Below, piece by piece: positions 9,162 through 17,908 of a stretch of 64,000 bases of DNA. Below the pieces are notes generated by a model. The model was not told where the DNA came from and made no database searches. It saw only the letters and a program-made list of their open reading frames with translations. The DNA lies in IMG/VR virus record IMGVR_UViG_3300043446_004613, positions 124,001-188,000 of that record. The stretch is one strand, 5' to 3'. Position 1 is the first letter of the stretch. The number at the start of each line of letters is the position of its first letter. The translations under genes were made by a program, and so were the position numbers.

Positions 9162-9821
9162 ATGCCACAGTCCAAAGCCCATAGCGTAGTTTCGCACCTG
9201 CTTGAAGCGATGGAGGTTCGGCTGGACGGTTACGATTACCCGGTGGCTGTATACTTGATTGATCTGAAGGATAAGCAGACCGTCAAAAGCGGGTACGCTT
9301 ATTTCTCCCGGCCCTACCGTGACTGGCCGATCCCGGAGTCTTTCACGTACTTGATCGGCACAGAGAAACCTGCCCGGAAGTCCATCGCGATCCAAGCGAT
9401 TATCAACTTTGTAGACGGCCCGGCGACTGCTGCCAAGGTTACCGACGTGGACGAAGACTATAAGGCGTTTCTGCGTGACTATTACAAGCCATCGCAGCTG
9501 GACGACTACAAGTACTTTTCCAACTGTGCGCTGCAATGGGCGAAGCAGAACAAAATCATGCGTCCGGGGTACATAATGCAAGACGAACTGGACAGTTACA
9601 CGTACCCTATTCCAGAGCTACAGGCGCTTGTCAAATGGAGTTCTGACAACTGGCGCATGTCCGACCACTTTGGTTTGTTCCAAGGCAACTCTGGCGCTAC
9701 CCATGTCAGACTCACGCTCTACATCAGTGTAGACTACGCCGGTATACCGGACGAGCCGGATGCCGAAGCAGTCGAACGGTTGCTTCCTTACTTGGGGAAT
9801 GAAGGAGGGCGCAATGGCTGA
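9162..9821 (+). CDS. hypothetical protein
   Basis: in-frame ATG of ORF 9021-9821 just after the upstream stop; AHSVVSHLLE motif. Confidence 0.6.
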   Translation: MPQSKAHSVVSHLLEAMEVRLDGYDYPVAVYLIDLKDKQTVKSGYAYFSRPYRDWPIPESFTYLIGTEKPARKSIAIQAIINFVDGPATAAKVTDVDEDYKAFLRDYYKPSQLDDYKYFSNCALQWAKQNKIMRPGYIMQDELDSYTYPIPELQALVKWSSDNWRMSDHFGLFQGNSGATHVRLTLYISVDYAGIPDEPDAEAVERLLPYLGNEGGRNG

Positions 9822-10068
9822 ATTCACTCCTTGGCAGTTGACGCGCCGTCCCGAAGTAACCACACGAAAGAAAGAGGTTTTTGCGCGTGATCTCTACAAC
9901 TTTAGCGGACGCAGTGAGACGCAAGGCGCAAATAACCCGAAGGTAGGTATCCCAAGCATGGGGCCGCACGCTGCCGGGGCTATCCCGCCAACCAAGTATC
10001 CGACAGTAGTTGCCACCGAAGTTATCACCACCGGCACGCTGGGCACGGAATACGGAAACAATTTATGA
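9814..10068 (+). CDS. small hypothetical protein whose 3' end is duplicated at 11324-11404
   Basis: GGAGG SD before ATG 9814; the second copy differs only at synonymous sites, showing the frame is coding. Confidence 0.7.
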   Translation: MAEFTPWQLTRRPEVTTRKKEVFARDLYNFSGRSETQGANNPKVGIPSMGPHAAGAIPPTKYPTVVATEVITTGTLGTEYGNNL

Positions 10069-10145
10069 GTATAAGCGCACACAGGCTTGTCGACATGCTG
10101 GATAAGATTAGAGCCGATGAAGCCAGCGCCGCCTGTGATCAATAA
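10065..10145 (+). pseudogene. 5' stub of a phage gene interrupted by the rml insert
   Basis: ATGA-coupled start, MSISAHRLVDMLD motif like neighbouring phage proteins, then runs into antisense rmlB sequence and stops. Confidence 0.55.
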
Positions 10146-10151
10146 ATTCAT
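10090..10151 (-). pseudogene. rmlB: 5' fragment of dTDP-glucose 4,6-dehydratase
   Basis: MNLLITGGAGFIGSNLIQH is the RmlB Rossmann start; similarity ends after about 20 codons. Confidence 0.8.
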
Positions 10152-10166
10152 AGTGACAGTTGAAGA

Positions 10167-11114
10167 TTATTCCGGCTTCCAGTTTTTCAACGAGTGTTCG
10201 AGCGCTTCTTCTACGCTACGAACTTTGATACCTGTAGATTTCAATTTAGAAACATCCATGATGCAATTGGAGCGCGGCGTCTTAGCGGCGACTTTGTAAA
10301 ACTCATCGTCATTCGCCCAGAACTCAAATTTCCGCGCGGGCTTCAGGTGCTTTTCAATGAGTGCTACAACGTGCCGCGTGGTGACATAGCCTTCATTGGT
10401 GAGGTTGTAAACGCCGAACGGGGCGCGGCGTTCCCATAAATCCAGACAGATGCTCGCGAACTCGGCGCGGTGCGAAATGGAATTTACGTTTTCGTAAGCC
10501 TTCACATAACGCTGCACTTTGCTCAAGTAATTGCGTTTATTGTCAAATTCATCGAACGGAATCCGCAATCGCCAGACGTAGCTCTGACCAATACCTGCCA
10601 TCGCTTCCTCACCCAGCGCCTTGGTGCCGCTATAAAAACTACACGGCTGGTCGCGAAAGGAAAAATTCGGAGTATCGTTTTCGGTGAAACCGAAAATAGA
10701 GGAGGATTTCTGCTCAGCCAAAGCATGCAGGTACGACTTAGTCATATCCTTCTCCACACGCATCTTTCCGTTCTCCAAAATTTTGGCTCCGCTGTAGATG
10801 CAACCAGAAGAGACGTGTCCCCACGGAATTCCCGCCGCCGCACACGCGTGAGCGATGGTCTGGGGTAGCAGCGTATTCCCGACCAGCGTGCCAGCCTTGT
10901 CCAACTCGCAGGCATCCACATTCGGTTTTCCGGTGTAACCCGCGCAGTTAGCCACAAACTCTGGCTTTTTGGCTCGCAAAAATTCCAGCAATAAATCAAA
11001 GCGGGAATAATCCACCTGACTACGCGAAAGGGTGATGAACTCTTTTTTACGACGGCGTAATTCCGTAACGAATGCTTCGCCGATATAGCCAGTGGCTCCG
11101 AGAAGTAGAATCAT
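10167..11114 (-). CDS. rmlD: NAD(P)-dependent nucleotide-sugar epimerase/reductase (RmlD family, NRS/ER-like)
   Basis: GATGYIG, CAGYTGKPNVDACE, HVSSGCIY and FYSGTK (YxxxK) motifs; lies between rmlA and rmlB fragments. Confidence 0.85.
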   Translation of the reverse strand: MILLLGATGYIGEAFVTELRRRKKEFITLSRSQVDYSRFDLLLEFLRAKKPEFVANCAGYTGKPNVDACELDKAGTLVGNTLLPQTIAHACAAAGIPWGHVSSGCIYSGAKILENGKMRVEKDMTKSYLHALAEQKSSSIFGFTENDTPNFSFRDQPCSFYSGTKALGEEAMAGIGQSYVWRLRIPFDEFDNKRNYLSKVQRYVKAYENVNSISHRAEFASICLDLWERRAPFGVYNLTNEGYVTTRHVVALIEKHLKPARKFEFWANDDEFYKVAAKTPRSNCIMDVSKLKSTGIKVRSVEEALEHSLKNWKPE

Positions 11115-11120
11115 TTTTTT

Positions 11121-11322
11121 TTATTGCAGACGTTTGGCTTCGGCGATGACCTCTGTTTCCAGATAAGCGCGATATTCGCAATTTGGCATCAGGCTTACGA
11201 TTTTTTTCTAACTGAGTCAGCGTAACGATACCCGAGCGGAACGCTGCTTCTTCGGGACAGCCAATCTTGATGCCCGCGCGTTTTTCAATCGTCTGCACAT
11301 ACGCGCTCGCATCATGCAGGCT
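11121..11322 (-). pseudogene. rmlA: 3' fragment of glucose-1-phosphate thymidylyltransferase with a +1 frameshift
   Basis: SLHDASAYVQTIEKRAGIKIGCPEEAAF matches the RmlA C-terminus; removing one A from the 7-nt run near 11201-11207 restores LEKIVSLMPNCEYRAYLE...KRLQ*. Confidence 0.85.
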
Positions 11323-11449
11323 ACCGCCAACCAAATACCCAACAGTGGTCGCTACGGAAGTAATCACCACCGGCACGCTGGGAACCGAATACGGAAATAA
11401 TTTAAGATGAACTGCACATGCCTCAACCTTGGTGTGTAGTTATAGTGCT

Positions 11450-11680
11450 ATGAACGTAAACTATAATCCAAACGCTCGCTACGACATGGGTGCTAATGCC
11501 GCAGGCTGTGACCGTGTGTCGAATCAAAGCACACTGAACTCAGGCAGCGCCAAAGGGCTGGCCAGTGACAATGCACTATCCAGCGCGAACTTGCGTGCTG
11601 GTTTTAGTGCTGCTGGTAATCAGCGCACCAACAGCGGCCCCAACGTGGCCGGTGCTCCGCGCAGTATCAACGGCACCTAG
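11450..11680 (+). CDS. small Asn/Gly/Ala/Ser-rich hypothetical protein
   Basis: ATG 7 nt after GTAGTTA, biased codons. Confidence 0.5.
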   Translation: MNVNYNPNARYDMGANAAGCDRVSNQSTLNSGSAKGLASDNALSSANLRAGFSAAGNQRTNSGPNVAGAPRSINGT

Positions 11681-11877
11681 GTGTCGCTCAGCAGTCTTTT
11701 CTTGATGCGGTCGCAACGAGAACGTAGCCCGTCCATTACGTCGGGCCACTTCTCGTCTTCCGCTACTTCTGCGGTCAGATCGAAGCGCACGTTCTCGAAG
11801 TTACCGGTGTTCACTGTCAGCCCGTAGCTGACGCGGACAACTTTACCGGGAATTTTCTTTTTGGGCTGCGCTTCCAT
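11677..11877 (-). CDS. hypothetical protein
   Basis: 66 aa from ATG 11877; VSYGLTVNTGNFENVRFD resembles small phage proteins. Confidence 0.5.
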   Translation of the reverse strand: MEAQPKKKIPGKVVRVSYGLTVNTGNFENVRFDLTAEVAEDEKWPDVMDGLRSRCDRIKKRLLSDT

Positions 11878-11881
11878 ACAC

Positions 11882-12565
11882 TTAACGATGGCACCAAACA
11901 CTTTTACCTAGTAAGCGTACGTGAGGACTGTGTAAAAGACGGCAATAGCAGGCAGTACGTGTTATCTTATCGCCAGTTTTTTCAGTCCACGCTGTTAGTA
12001 CTTCTTTAGTACTGATACGTGGCTTTACGCTAATAGTTGCGAGCACAAAGTCATCAAAAGCAGCCGTACTGGCTGTCTTCCAATGCCTGCGCTGTTTAGT
12101 CACAAGTGCCGACTTATCATCCGCACTAGCTGGTTTAAGGCCGTTAATCGCACGAGTATACTCATCAATTTGGCTAGTGAGTTCTGCGATTTCGTTTATT
12201 AGCTTAGCCTTGGTAACATTGATTGATTCCAACTGCGCATTTTTGCGTTTAAGCGTAGATTCCGCTGTTGTGATACGTATCGAAAGTTCATCTTTAAGTG
12301 ACATAGCTTTTTGAATTTGCGCCGAAGGTTTAGTTAAAAACACGTGGGCGCTTTGAAGAATAGTGGACTTGGAGATGGTATCAGCCGTAAAGCCGCTATC
12401 CGCCAAGCTTTCGGTTAAATTGACGATGTCAGAAGAAACGTCTACAGTCGTGCGATCTGGCCGCAGTATTCCGACTAGAACCTGCGAAAGCTTTTGACGC
12501 AATGACGGGTCTTTTTCAACCACATCGCGCACCTTGATGTAAAATCTGAAGGATACTCTTTGCAT
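11882..12565 (-). CDS. hypothetical protein with coiled coil and possible C-terminal winged HTH
   Basis: C-terminal 227 aa of ORF 11882-12748; AT-rich; the upstream part overlaps the DUF932 gene and is ignored. Confidence 0.55.
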   Translation of the reverse strand: MQRVSFRFYIKVRDVVEKDPSLRQKLSQVLVGILRPDRTTVDVSSDIVNLTESLADSGFTADTISKSTILQSAHVFLTKPSAQIQKAMSLKDELSIRITTAESTLKRKNAQLESINVTKAKLINEIAELTSQIDEYTRAINGLKPASADDKSALVTKQRRHWKTASTAAFDDFVLATISVKPRISTKEVLTAWTEKTGDKITRTACYCRLLHSPHVRLLGKSVWCHR

Positions 12566-12576
12566 AAGATTTAGAT

Positions 12577-12602
12577 AGGGGCTGACCCGAAGGCCAGCCC
12601 CT
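12577..12602 (-). terminator. stable hairpin (terminator or mRNA stabiliser) after the DUF932 gene
   Basis: aggggctggcc-TTCG-ggtcagcccct on the minus strand, C(UUCG)G loop, weak U tract. Confidence 0.55.
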
Positions 12603-12608
12603 GTGATT

Positions 12609-13733
12609 TTAGTTGCGCAAAAAGTCCGATGGCGGCAGTTCCATGATCTTTCCACCCAAGCGTTCAATGTCCACAGCGCGGTCGTAGCTGGGCACATCTT
12701 CTGCCAAACGGGTAACTGCGTTGACCAAGCCGTACTGGCTGAAGTCACCGCCCTGTGCGAAATGCAGGAGCATGTTGGCTTTTTCCTGTTCGATCAGGTC
12801 AAAACGATCGGCAACGGCTTCCACGACCTTGCTCACGTCCGTGGCGTCTTTAGCCAGTTGAACGTTCTGCAACTTGCGCAGCCGTTCGATGTTTTCGTTG
12901 AACTTGATCTGATCGAGTGCGCCGGAAACAACGTCACTAACTTTGGCCCAGAAAGCTTTGTCATCGAGCTTGCGTGTTTCGTCGCTGAACAGTTCAGAGG
13001 TGTTTTCGTCGCCCCAGATTTCACCCTCGTTACGGCGACCGACATGGTGACGCTTGAGGGTACGCTGCAAGATAAGGCCGTTGGTGCAGACCAAATCGTG
13101 CATGATCGGATCGACAAAAATTGAACCGTTGCCTGTTTCAGAATTACCGATGATGACCCCGGCTTCGACGGTGCGCTGGATACGGTTGTGGGTGCCGATC
13201 TTCACATTCTGGTCGATGATGGCTTGGATGCGTGGGGTTGAAGCTTGGATATAGAAACGCTTCTCAGTGATCTCAGCGCTGCGGATAATGCAGCCTGCTT
13301 CCTTGAGCTTGGGCATGACAGCAGCGAAAAGGTCGAAGTTGTCGAGAATACGGTAACGGTCGCTCAGGAAGGCGCGAGCGATCTTGTGGCCGTTGCAGAG
13401 GGTGCGCAACATCCGGCGTTCCGGCTTGGAGGCGAACCAGTGGTTTACGTTGCGGCAGAGAAGCTCAGGAGCTTCGGTGCGCATGCGTTCGGCATACTTT
13501 GCCGGAATACCGACGCGGGCGGCGATTTGCTCAAGGCACTGTACAGTGGGCTTGAACACTTGTTGTTGCTGATTGACGGTAAACTGAAGGCCCACATCGG
13601 GGGTACCTTCGGACTCTGGTGGTTCGACTACCGTCATGCTCAGGGCACTGGTGTCAGCGACGAAATCCCGTTTGGTACGGTTCTCCTCAAGGATTTGCTG
13701 GCTGAGGTCTTGCAGTGAACGTCCTGCTTTCAT
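12609..13733 (-). CDS. DUF932 family protein
   Basis: RAFLSDRYRILDN, NSETGNGS and LVCTNGLI motifs typical of DUF932. Confidence 0.75.
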   Translation of the reverse strand: MKAGRSLQDLSQQILEENRTKRDFVADTSALSMTVVEPPESEGTPDVGLQFTVNQQQQVFKPTVQCLEQIAARVGIPAKYAERMRTEAPELLCRNVNHWFASKPERRMLRTLCNGHKIARAFLSDRYRILDNFDLFAAVMPKLKEAGCIIRSAEITEKRFYIQASTPRIQAIIDQNVKIGTHNRIQRTVEAGVIIGNSETGNGSIFVDPIMHDLVCTNGLILQRTLKRHHVGRRNEGEIWGDENTSELFSDETRKLDDKAFWAKVSDVVSGALDQIKFNENIERLRKLQNVQLAKDATDVSKVVEAVADRFDLIEQEKANMLLHFAQGGDFSQYGLVNAVTRLAEDVPSYDRAVDIERLGGKIMELPPSDFLRN

Positions 13734-13808
13734 GATATGTCTTTCTTTTAGTTTTATGGCCGTTAGTTGTTGCCTTGACTGGTCGGCCCGCCAGCCAAGG
13801 ATGGGTAC

Positions 13809-13836
13809 ACTGTATACAAAGTTTTTTAACGGTCAA
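13809..13836 (-). promoter_or_regulatory. sigma70-like (early) promoter for the DUF932 gene
   Basis: TTGACC-N16-TACAGT on the minus strand with an A/T-rich upstream tract. Confidence 0.45.
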
Positions 13837-13886
13837 CACCAAAAAACATAAAACTAGAACTTTTTTGCGGGTAGTTAAAGTAGCGT

Positions 13887-14294
13887 ATGCCTGCAAAATC
13901 TGAAAAACAGCGTAAGTTCCTAAACTGGAAATTTGGCCACAAATGGGTCAAGAACCATCACTTTGACAATCCCGGCAAACTGCCGAAGAAAGTCAAAAAG
14001 GAAGAGGCTTTGACGGCCCGTGCTATGTTTGGTCGCCTACAAGAGCGCGACGACGCGCCAAGCTTGCCCTTGGGCAAAGCCGGTCATGCGTATTCGCGCA
14101 TGGATAAGAGCGACATTATGGAGCAGCCCGGCGGTACGTCCAAGAAGTGGCACAAAAGCGTCGCGTTGCGCAAAGAGGTGACCAACCAGCAGGACGTCAA
14201 AGGCTTTCCGAGCATGGACAAGGTCGGCAAGGTGCCGCACGCCATGAAGGAAGCACTGACGTCAGCGCAGGTTGTCAGCGCGATGCTGGACTAA
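13887..14294 (+). CDS. basic hypothetical protein
   Basis: MPAKSEKQRKF start seen in many phage proteins; ends SAQVVSAMLD; GTAGTTA upstream. Confidence 0.6.
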   Translation: MPAKSEKQRKFLNWKFGHKWVKNHHFDNPGKLPKKVKKEEALTARAMFGRLQERDDAPSLPLGKAGHAYSRMDKSDIMEQPGGTSKKWHKSVALRKEVTNQQDVKGFPSMDKVGKVPHAMKEALTSAQVVSAMLD

Positions 14295-14653
14295 AGTTCG
14301 GGCGCAGGCCCGACCCATGCACCATGTTTACGGCGGCACTCGTCAAGATCAAGGCACTCTTGCTCAAATTTGCGCCGTTCCTCGGCACGCCGAGCGGGGG
14401 CTTGGGCAAGCTCAAGCGCTTTAGCCTCTGCGTGCTTAGCCGCATGGCGCTTAACGTCGTATTGGAACAGCATGCTGCCAACGCCGTAAAGGAAACCGTA
14501 GACCGGATTGATTGTGCTAAGGATGACTCCTGTCGCAACTTGATCCCACCTAAACCGGCGACTGTTCTGGATGCTTTCAAGCAGCACGCTTTCAGGGCCG
14601 CCGGGATTGTCAGCGGCAGCCCGTTCAACCGTCAAGACATCGTTGTCATTCAT
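14291..14653 (-). CDS. hypothetical protein, possible membrane segment
   Basis: 120 aa with a hydrophobic stretch; strand choice uncertain because a + strand ORF also spans it. Confidence 0.35.
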   Translation of the reverse strand: MNDNDVLTVERAAADNPGGPESVLLESIQNSRRFRWDQVATGVILSTINPVYGFLYGVGSMLFQYDVKRHAAKHAEAKALELAQAPARRAEERRKFEQECLDLDECRRKHGAWVGPAPEL

Positions 14654-14699
14654 GGTTTCAACGTATACGCATGTGTGTAGTTAGTCAACATTATATTTT

Positions 14700-17048
14700 A
14701 TGGCAACCGATTTTGCAGACATTGTAAAGCAGGCGGAGTTTTTGGGAAAACGCCTGACTGAGTCACAAAAAGCCGGTGATGCGCTTGAAAAGGCACTTTC
14801 CGGGGCTGCTGCGACTGTCACTGAGTTTACTGTGATGCAGAATGTGATGGCTCGGATGGTCGAGTCTTCGTCTGTATTAAGCTCTTCGTGGAACCTGATT
14901 AAAAACAGCAGCAAGAGTCAGGCTGAATTGTTGAAGCGGCAGGTCGACCTTACAGCGTCCAAAAACTTTTTTGAAAAAGAGCTTCTTACCGCTACAGGTG
15001 CTCAAGCCAAACTAGCGCAGGAACTTTACGATTCAGCTGAGCACGAGCTAGGAGTGCTCAGGCTTCAACGGCAAGTAAACGCCGAGCTTAACAAGCTCGG
15101 CAGTGTCCGGTTAACGATGCTGAAAGCATACATCGATGCCGGTAAACTTTTGTGGTCTAATGAGCGCAAGCTTAACGAGCAGCTTATCGAAGCCAACTCG
15201 TCCCATGCTCAGCGCACAAAGCTGCTTGAATCCAGTCTCATGCTTCAAGTGCAGACCGGTCTTTCATACGATAAGATCACAGAAGCTGCACGGGCACTGG
15301 TTTCCTATAACATGGATACGGCAGACAGCTTTGGTGAAAATCTGAAGCTGGTGGCACAGCTTAATACCGGGGTCGGTGTTTCCGTAAATGAGAGCGCCCA
15401 CCTTGCGGCTGTTGTGGAACGCCAAGTGAATGGTTCATTCAAGGATGTAGCCGAGACGGTTAGCCAGCTTGTCGATGATACGGCTCTAGCTGGCGATGAG
15501 GCCGCTAAGCTCGCTGCCAATCTCGGTACGGCAATGAGTCGTTTGCGTCCGGGCATTGCTTCCGCAGGCATCGCTGAAGTCACTAGAATTGTCGGAAAAT
15601 ACGAAGGTGCGCTAAAAGAGATTGGTGGACAGTCAGGCGCGTTCCAGCAGCTTATCACGTCGCTGACGACGCCAGAAGGTCTTGCTGGTGCTGGTGCTCT
15701 GGGCGTCAGTCCTGAATTTCTCGCTACGTCTAACGGCGTGCAAGATGTCATGAACCGTTTTGCCCGCTACGGTGACATGCTGGTCGGACAATCACAGGGC
15801 TGGGAACGTCAGATGCGTTTACAGGCGCTGGCGCAGATGTTCGGCGTATCTGCTGATCAAGCGAATCAGATGTTGATTGCGATCAAGCGGGCGAATGACG
15901 AGCAAATCGGGCAGATCAGTACGCAAGAGCGCTGGCGCAATCAGATGAGCGCTACGAACCAAGGAATTACACGACTGGGTAATTCACTTGCCGCGTTGCT
16001 TCAAGGAAGTATGTATCCGCTTGTGCGCTTTGTAGGCTGGGCAGCTAACGGCTTAGCCGATTGGATAAACAAAATTGCTGAATACAAGGACGTTGTATAC
16101 GGTGCTGGCATCGTATTGATGGGTGGCGCGGTCTTGCTGACCATTCGCTTGGCCAGCCTTGCCAAGTCACTTTATCAAGCAGCCATAGCTTCTGCTGTAT
16201 ACCAAAATACGCTTGGTAAAGCGGGTATTCCGGGATTAGGCGGCGGTTCAATCAAAAGCATTTTAATGACGCTAGGAACATCAGTCGTGACGTTTGGCAA
16301 AGATATAAAAACATGGGTTAGCTCAGCTAGTAATCTAAATTCACTCAGAAACTTGCCGAACATGTTGCGCATAGCCTTGATGAATTTCCAACTAACAGGT
16401 GTTCGTGGAATATGGTCTGTGCTAAGCGGTACCTTTCGGACGGCTGCACCTCGGTTGGCAATGGGTATCGGTGCTGATCTAGCTCTTGGTGCGGCTCCAC
16501 TGGTTTTTGCTGGGATCATGCTCAAAAAGATTTACGATGTAAACAAACAGTCTTTGGAAGATCAACGCGCTGCCAATAAAGTCATAATCAACCGCGAGAA
16601 GATGCTGGAAGATCAGACTCGTCGGCGCATTTATTCCGCTGCCCGTGCCGGTGACGCTTCCGAGGTTGAACGCTTATACGTCAAGCTCGCTCAGCAGGCC
16701 AACGCTAAGTTCAGTGACCTAAAAGACCCGCGTGCGCGTAAACAGGCGCAGGAAAACTGGCTTAATGAGCAGATGCAGGGTGTTAAACGTGATGTTGAAG
16801 TCGGCATGGCAACAAAGTTGATGTTTACGCCTATGGCTGAACGGACGCCCGAGCAAAAGCGCGAATCAACGGACATGCTGAAAGCTAACGAAAAGCTTGT
16901 AAAAATAAACGAAGCGCAGGAAAAGGTTTTGACCCGTACGTATAATAGCTCGGTTGAGCGCATGGAAGAGGAACGCATTGAACGGGCGAAAATGGGGGTA
17001 TGGGCAACTTCTGTTGATTACTGGAGCCGCCTCGGCGGAGATGAATAA
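14700..17048 (+). CDS. tail tape measure-like protein
   Basis: 782 aa, Ala/Leu/Gly-rich helical, hydrophobic central segments, myophage context. Confidence 0.7.
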   Translation: MATDFADIVKQAEFLGKRLTESQKAGDALEKALSGAAATVTEFTVMQNVMARMVESSSVLSSSWNLIKNSSKSQAELLKRQVDLTASKNFFEKELLTATGAQAKLAQELYDSAEHELGVLRLQRQVNAELNKLGSVRLTMLKAYIDAGKLLWSNERKLNEQLIEANSSHAQRTKLLESSLMLQVQTGLSYDKITEAARALVSYNMDTADSFGENLKLVAQLNTGVGVSVNESAHLAAVVERQVNGSFKDVAETVSQLVDDTALAGDEAAKLAANLGTAMSRLRPGIASAGIAEVTRIVGKYEGALKEIGGQSGAFQQLITSLTTPEGLAGAGALGVSPEFLATSNGVQDVMNRFARYGDMLVGQSQGWERQMRLQALAQMFGVSADQANQMLIAIKRANDEQIGQISTQERWRNQMSATNQGITRLGNSLAALLQGSMYPLVRFVGWAANGLADWINKIAEYKDVVYGAGIVLMGGAVLLTIRLASLAKSLYQAAIASAVYQNTLGKAGIPGLGGGSIKSILMTLGTSVVTFGKDIKTWVSSASNLNSLRNLPNMLRIALMNFQLTGVRGIWSVLSGTFRTAAPRLAMGIGADLALGAAPLVFAGIMLKKIYDVNKQSLEDQRAANKVIINREKMLEDQTRRRIYSAARAGDASEVERLYVKLAQQANAKFSDLKDPRARKQAQENWLNEQMQGVKRDVEVGMATKLMFTPMAERTPEQKRESTDMLKANEKLVKINEAQEKVLTRTYNSSVERMEEERIERAKMGVWATSVDYWSRLGGDE

Positions 17049-17050
17049 TT

Positions 17051-17908
17051 ATGCCTGACGAAACGATTAGACGTGATGAGCGCTTACTGTGTGGCAGGCT
17101 CGTAGCGCTGCCCAGCACAGGCGGTGATTTACTGAAGTCATTCAGTGAAAACGCAGGATTCCAAAACATCATAAGCATCGACTTTCCGGCGATGCCTGAT
17201 GTTGTTGAACTGGCGCGTACGGCTGATTACAAGGTGAACTACAACATGGTTCTGCCTGACGGTATTCACCAGTATACCGGAACTAAGCCGCTGGAGATAC
17301 CGATCAGCTTCAAGCTTCATGCGTTTGACAAGCAGTACTGTAAGCACGGTGCGCGAACGCTGCTCCAGTTAGCTGCACGGTTGCACTCGTTTGTCCTGCC
17401 TATAAGCAGCTTTGACAAAAACGCTTCAATTAGCGCACGTGTACCGGAGACTGGCGAGACGTCTGGAAAATCTAACGATGCTCAGCAGCAGGCAGCCGCA
17501 TCGCAGGAAACTGTCTGGGAAGTAAGCGGAACCGGTAACAAAAACGGCGCTATATTCTCGCCCATAACCTGCTTTTTGCACCTTATGTACATCGGTGCAA
17601 ACGATCCCGGCATATCAGCCATAGGTTATGTTCGCGATGTAAACGTAAAGCTGTCCGGGCCTTGGCTGCGCGGCCCAGACAACAGCTTCAATCTACCGTC
17701 ATCGGCAGAGTATTCGTTTACGTTCGTACACCGGCCAAATCACAATAATTCGACAAGCTACACGTCGAGCCAGAATCCCGTATCTATCGCCGAAGGCGGT
17801 CAAGCGTACGCCGATACGGTTAAGGATCGTTTGTTTAATACACGCGATCTGGTTCAGGCAGCCAATTATCAGGGCTTCACATCTAATCCCGAAGGCAGAA
17901 CAAGTTAG
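17051..17908 (+). CDS. baseplate/tail-tube initiator-like protein
   Basis: follows the tape measure; beta-rich with ISFKLH and VNVKLSG...SAEYSFTF pattern of tube-fold proteins. Confidence 0.5.
   Translation: MPDETIRRDERLLCGRLVALPSTGGDLLKSFSENAGFQNIISIDFPAMPDVVELARTADYKVNYNMVLPDGIHQYTGTKPLEIPISFKLHAFDKQYCKHGARTLLQLAARLHSFVLPISSFDKNASISARVPETGETSGKSNDAQQQAAASQETVWEVSGTGNKNGAIFSPITCFLHLMYIGANDPGISAIGYVRDVNVKLSGPWLRGPDNSFNLPSSAEYSFTFVHRPNHNNSTSYTSSQNPVSIAEGGQAYADTVKDRLFNTRDLVQAANYQGFTSNPEGRTS

Larger units (their letters stand above)
9985..11404 (+). repeat. 81-bp diverged direct repeat (9985-10065 and 11324-11404) flanking host-like DNA
   Basis: 70/81 identical; all 11 differences are synonymous third positions of PPTKYPTVVATEVITTGTLGTEYGNNL. 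Confidence 0.92.

Noticed and set aside
9985-11404. attL/attR of an integrated element or IS target duplication
   Set aside because: No integrase, transposase or terminal inverted repeats; the copies are 14% diverged, unlike att cores or target duplications
11882-12748. Full 288-aa ORF as listed
   Set aside because: The first 61 codons overlap the DUF932 gene and its hairpin; ATG 12565 preferred
14147-14680. Plus-strand 177-aa ORF
   Set aside because: Overlaps gene 13887-14294 and competes with a more protein-like minus-strand ORF; not fully excluded
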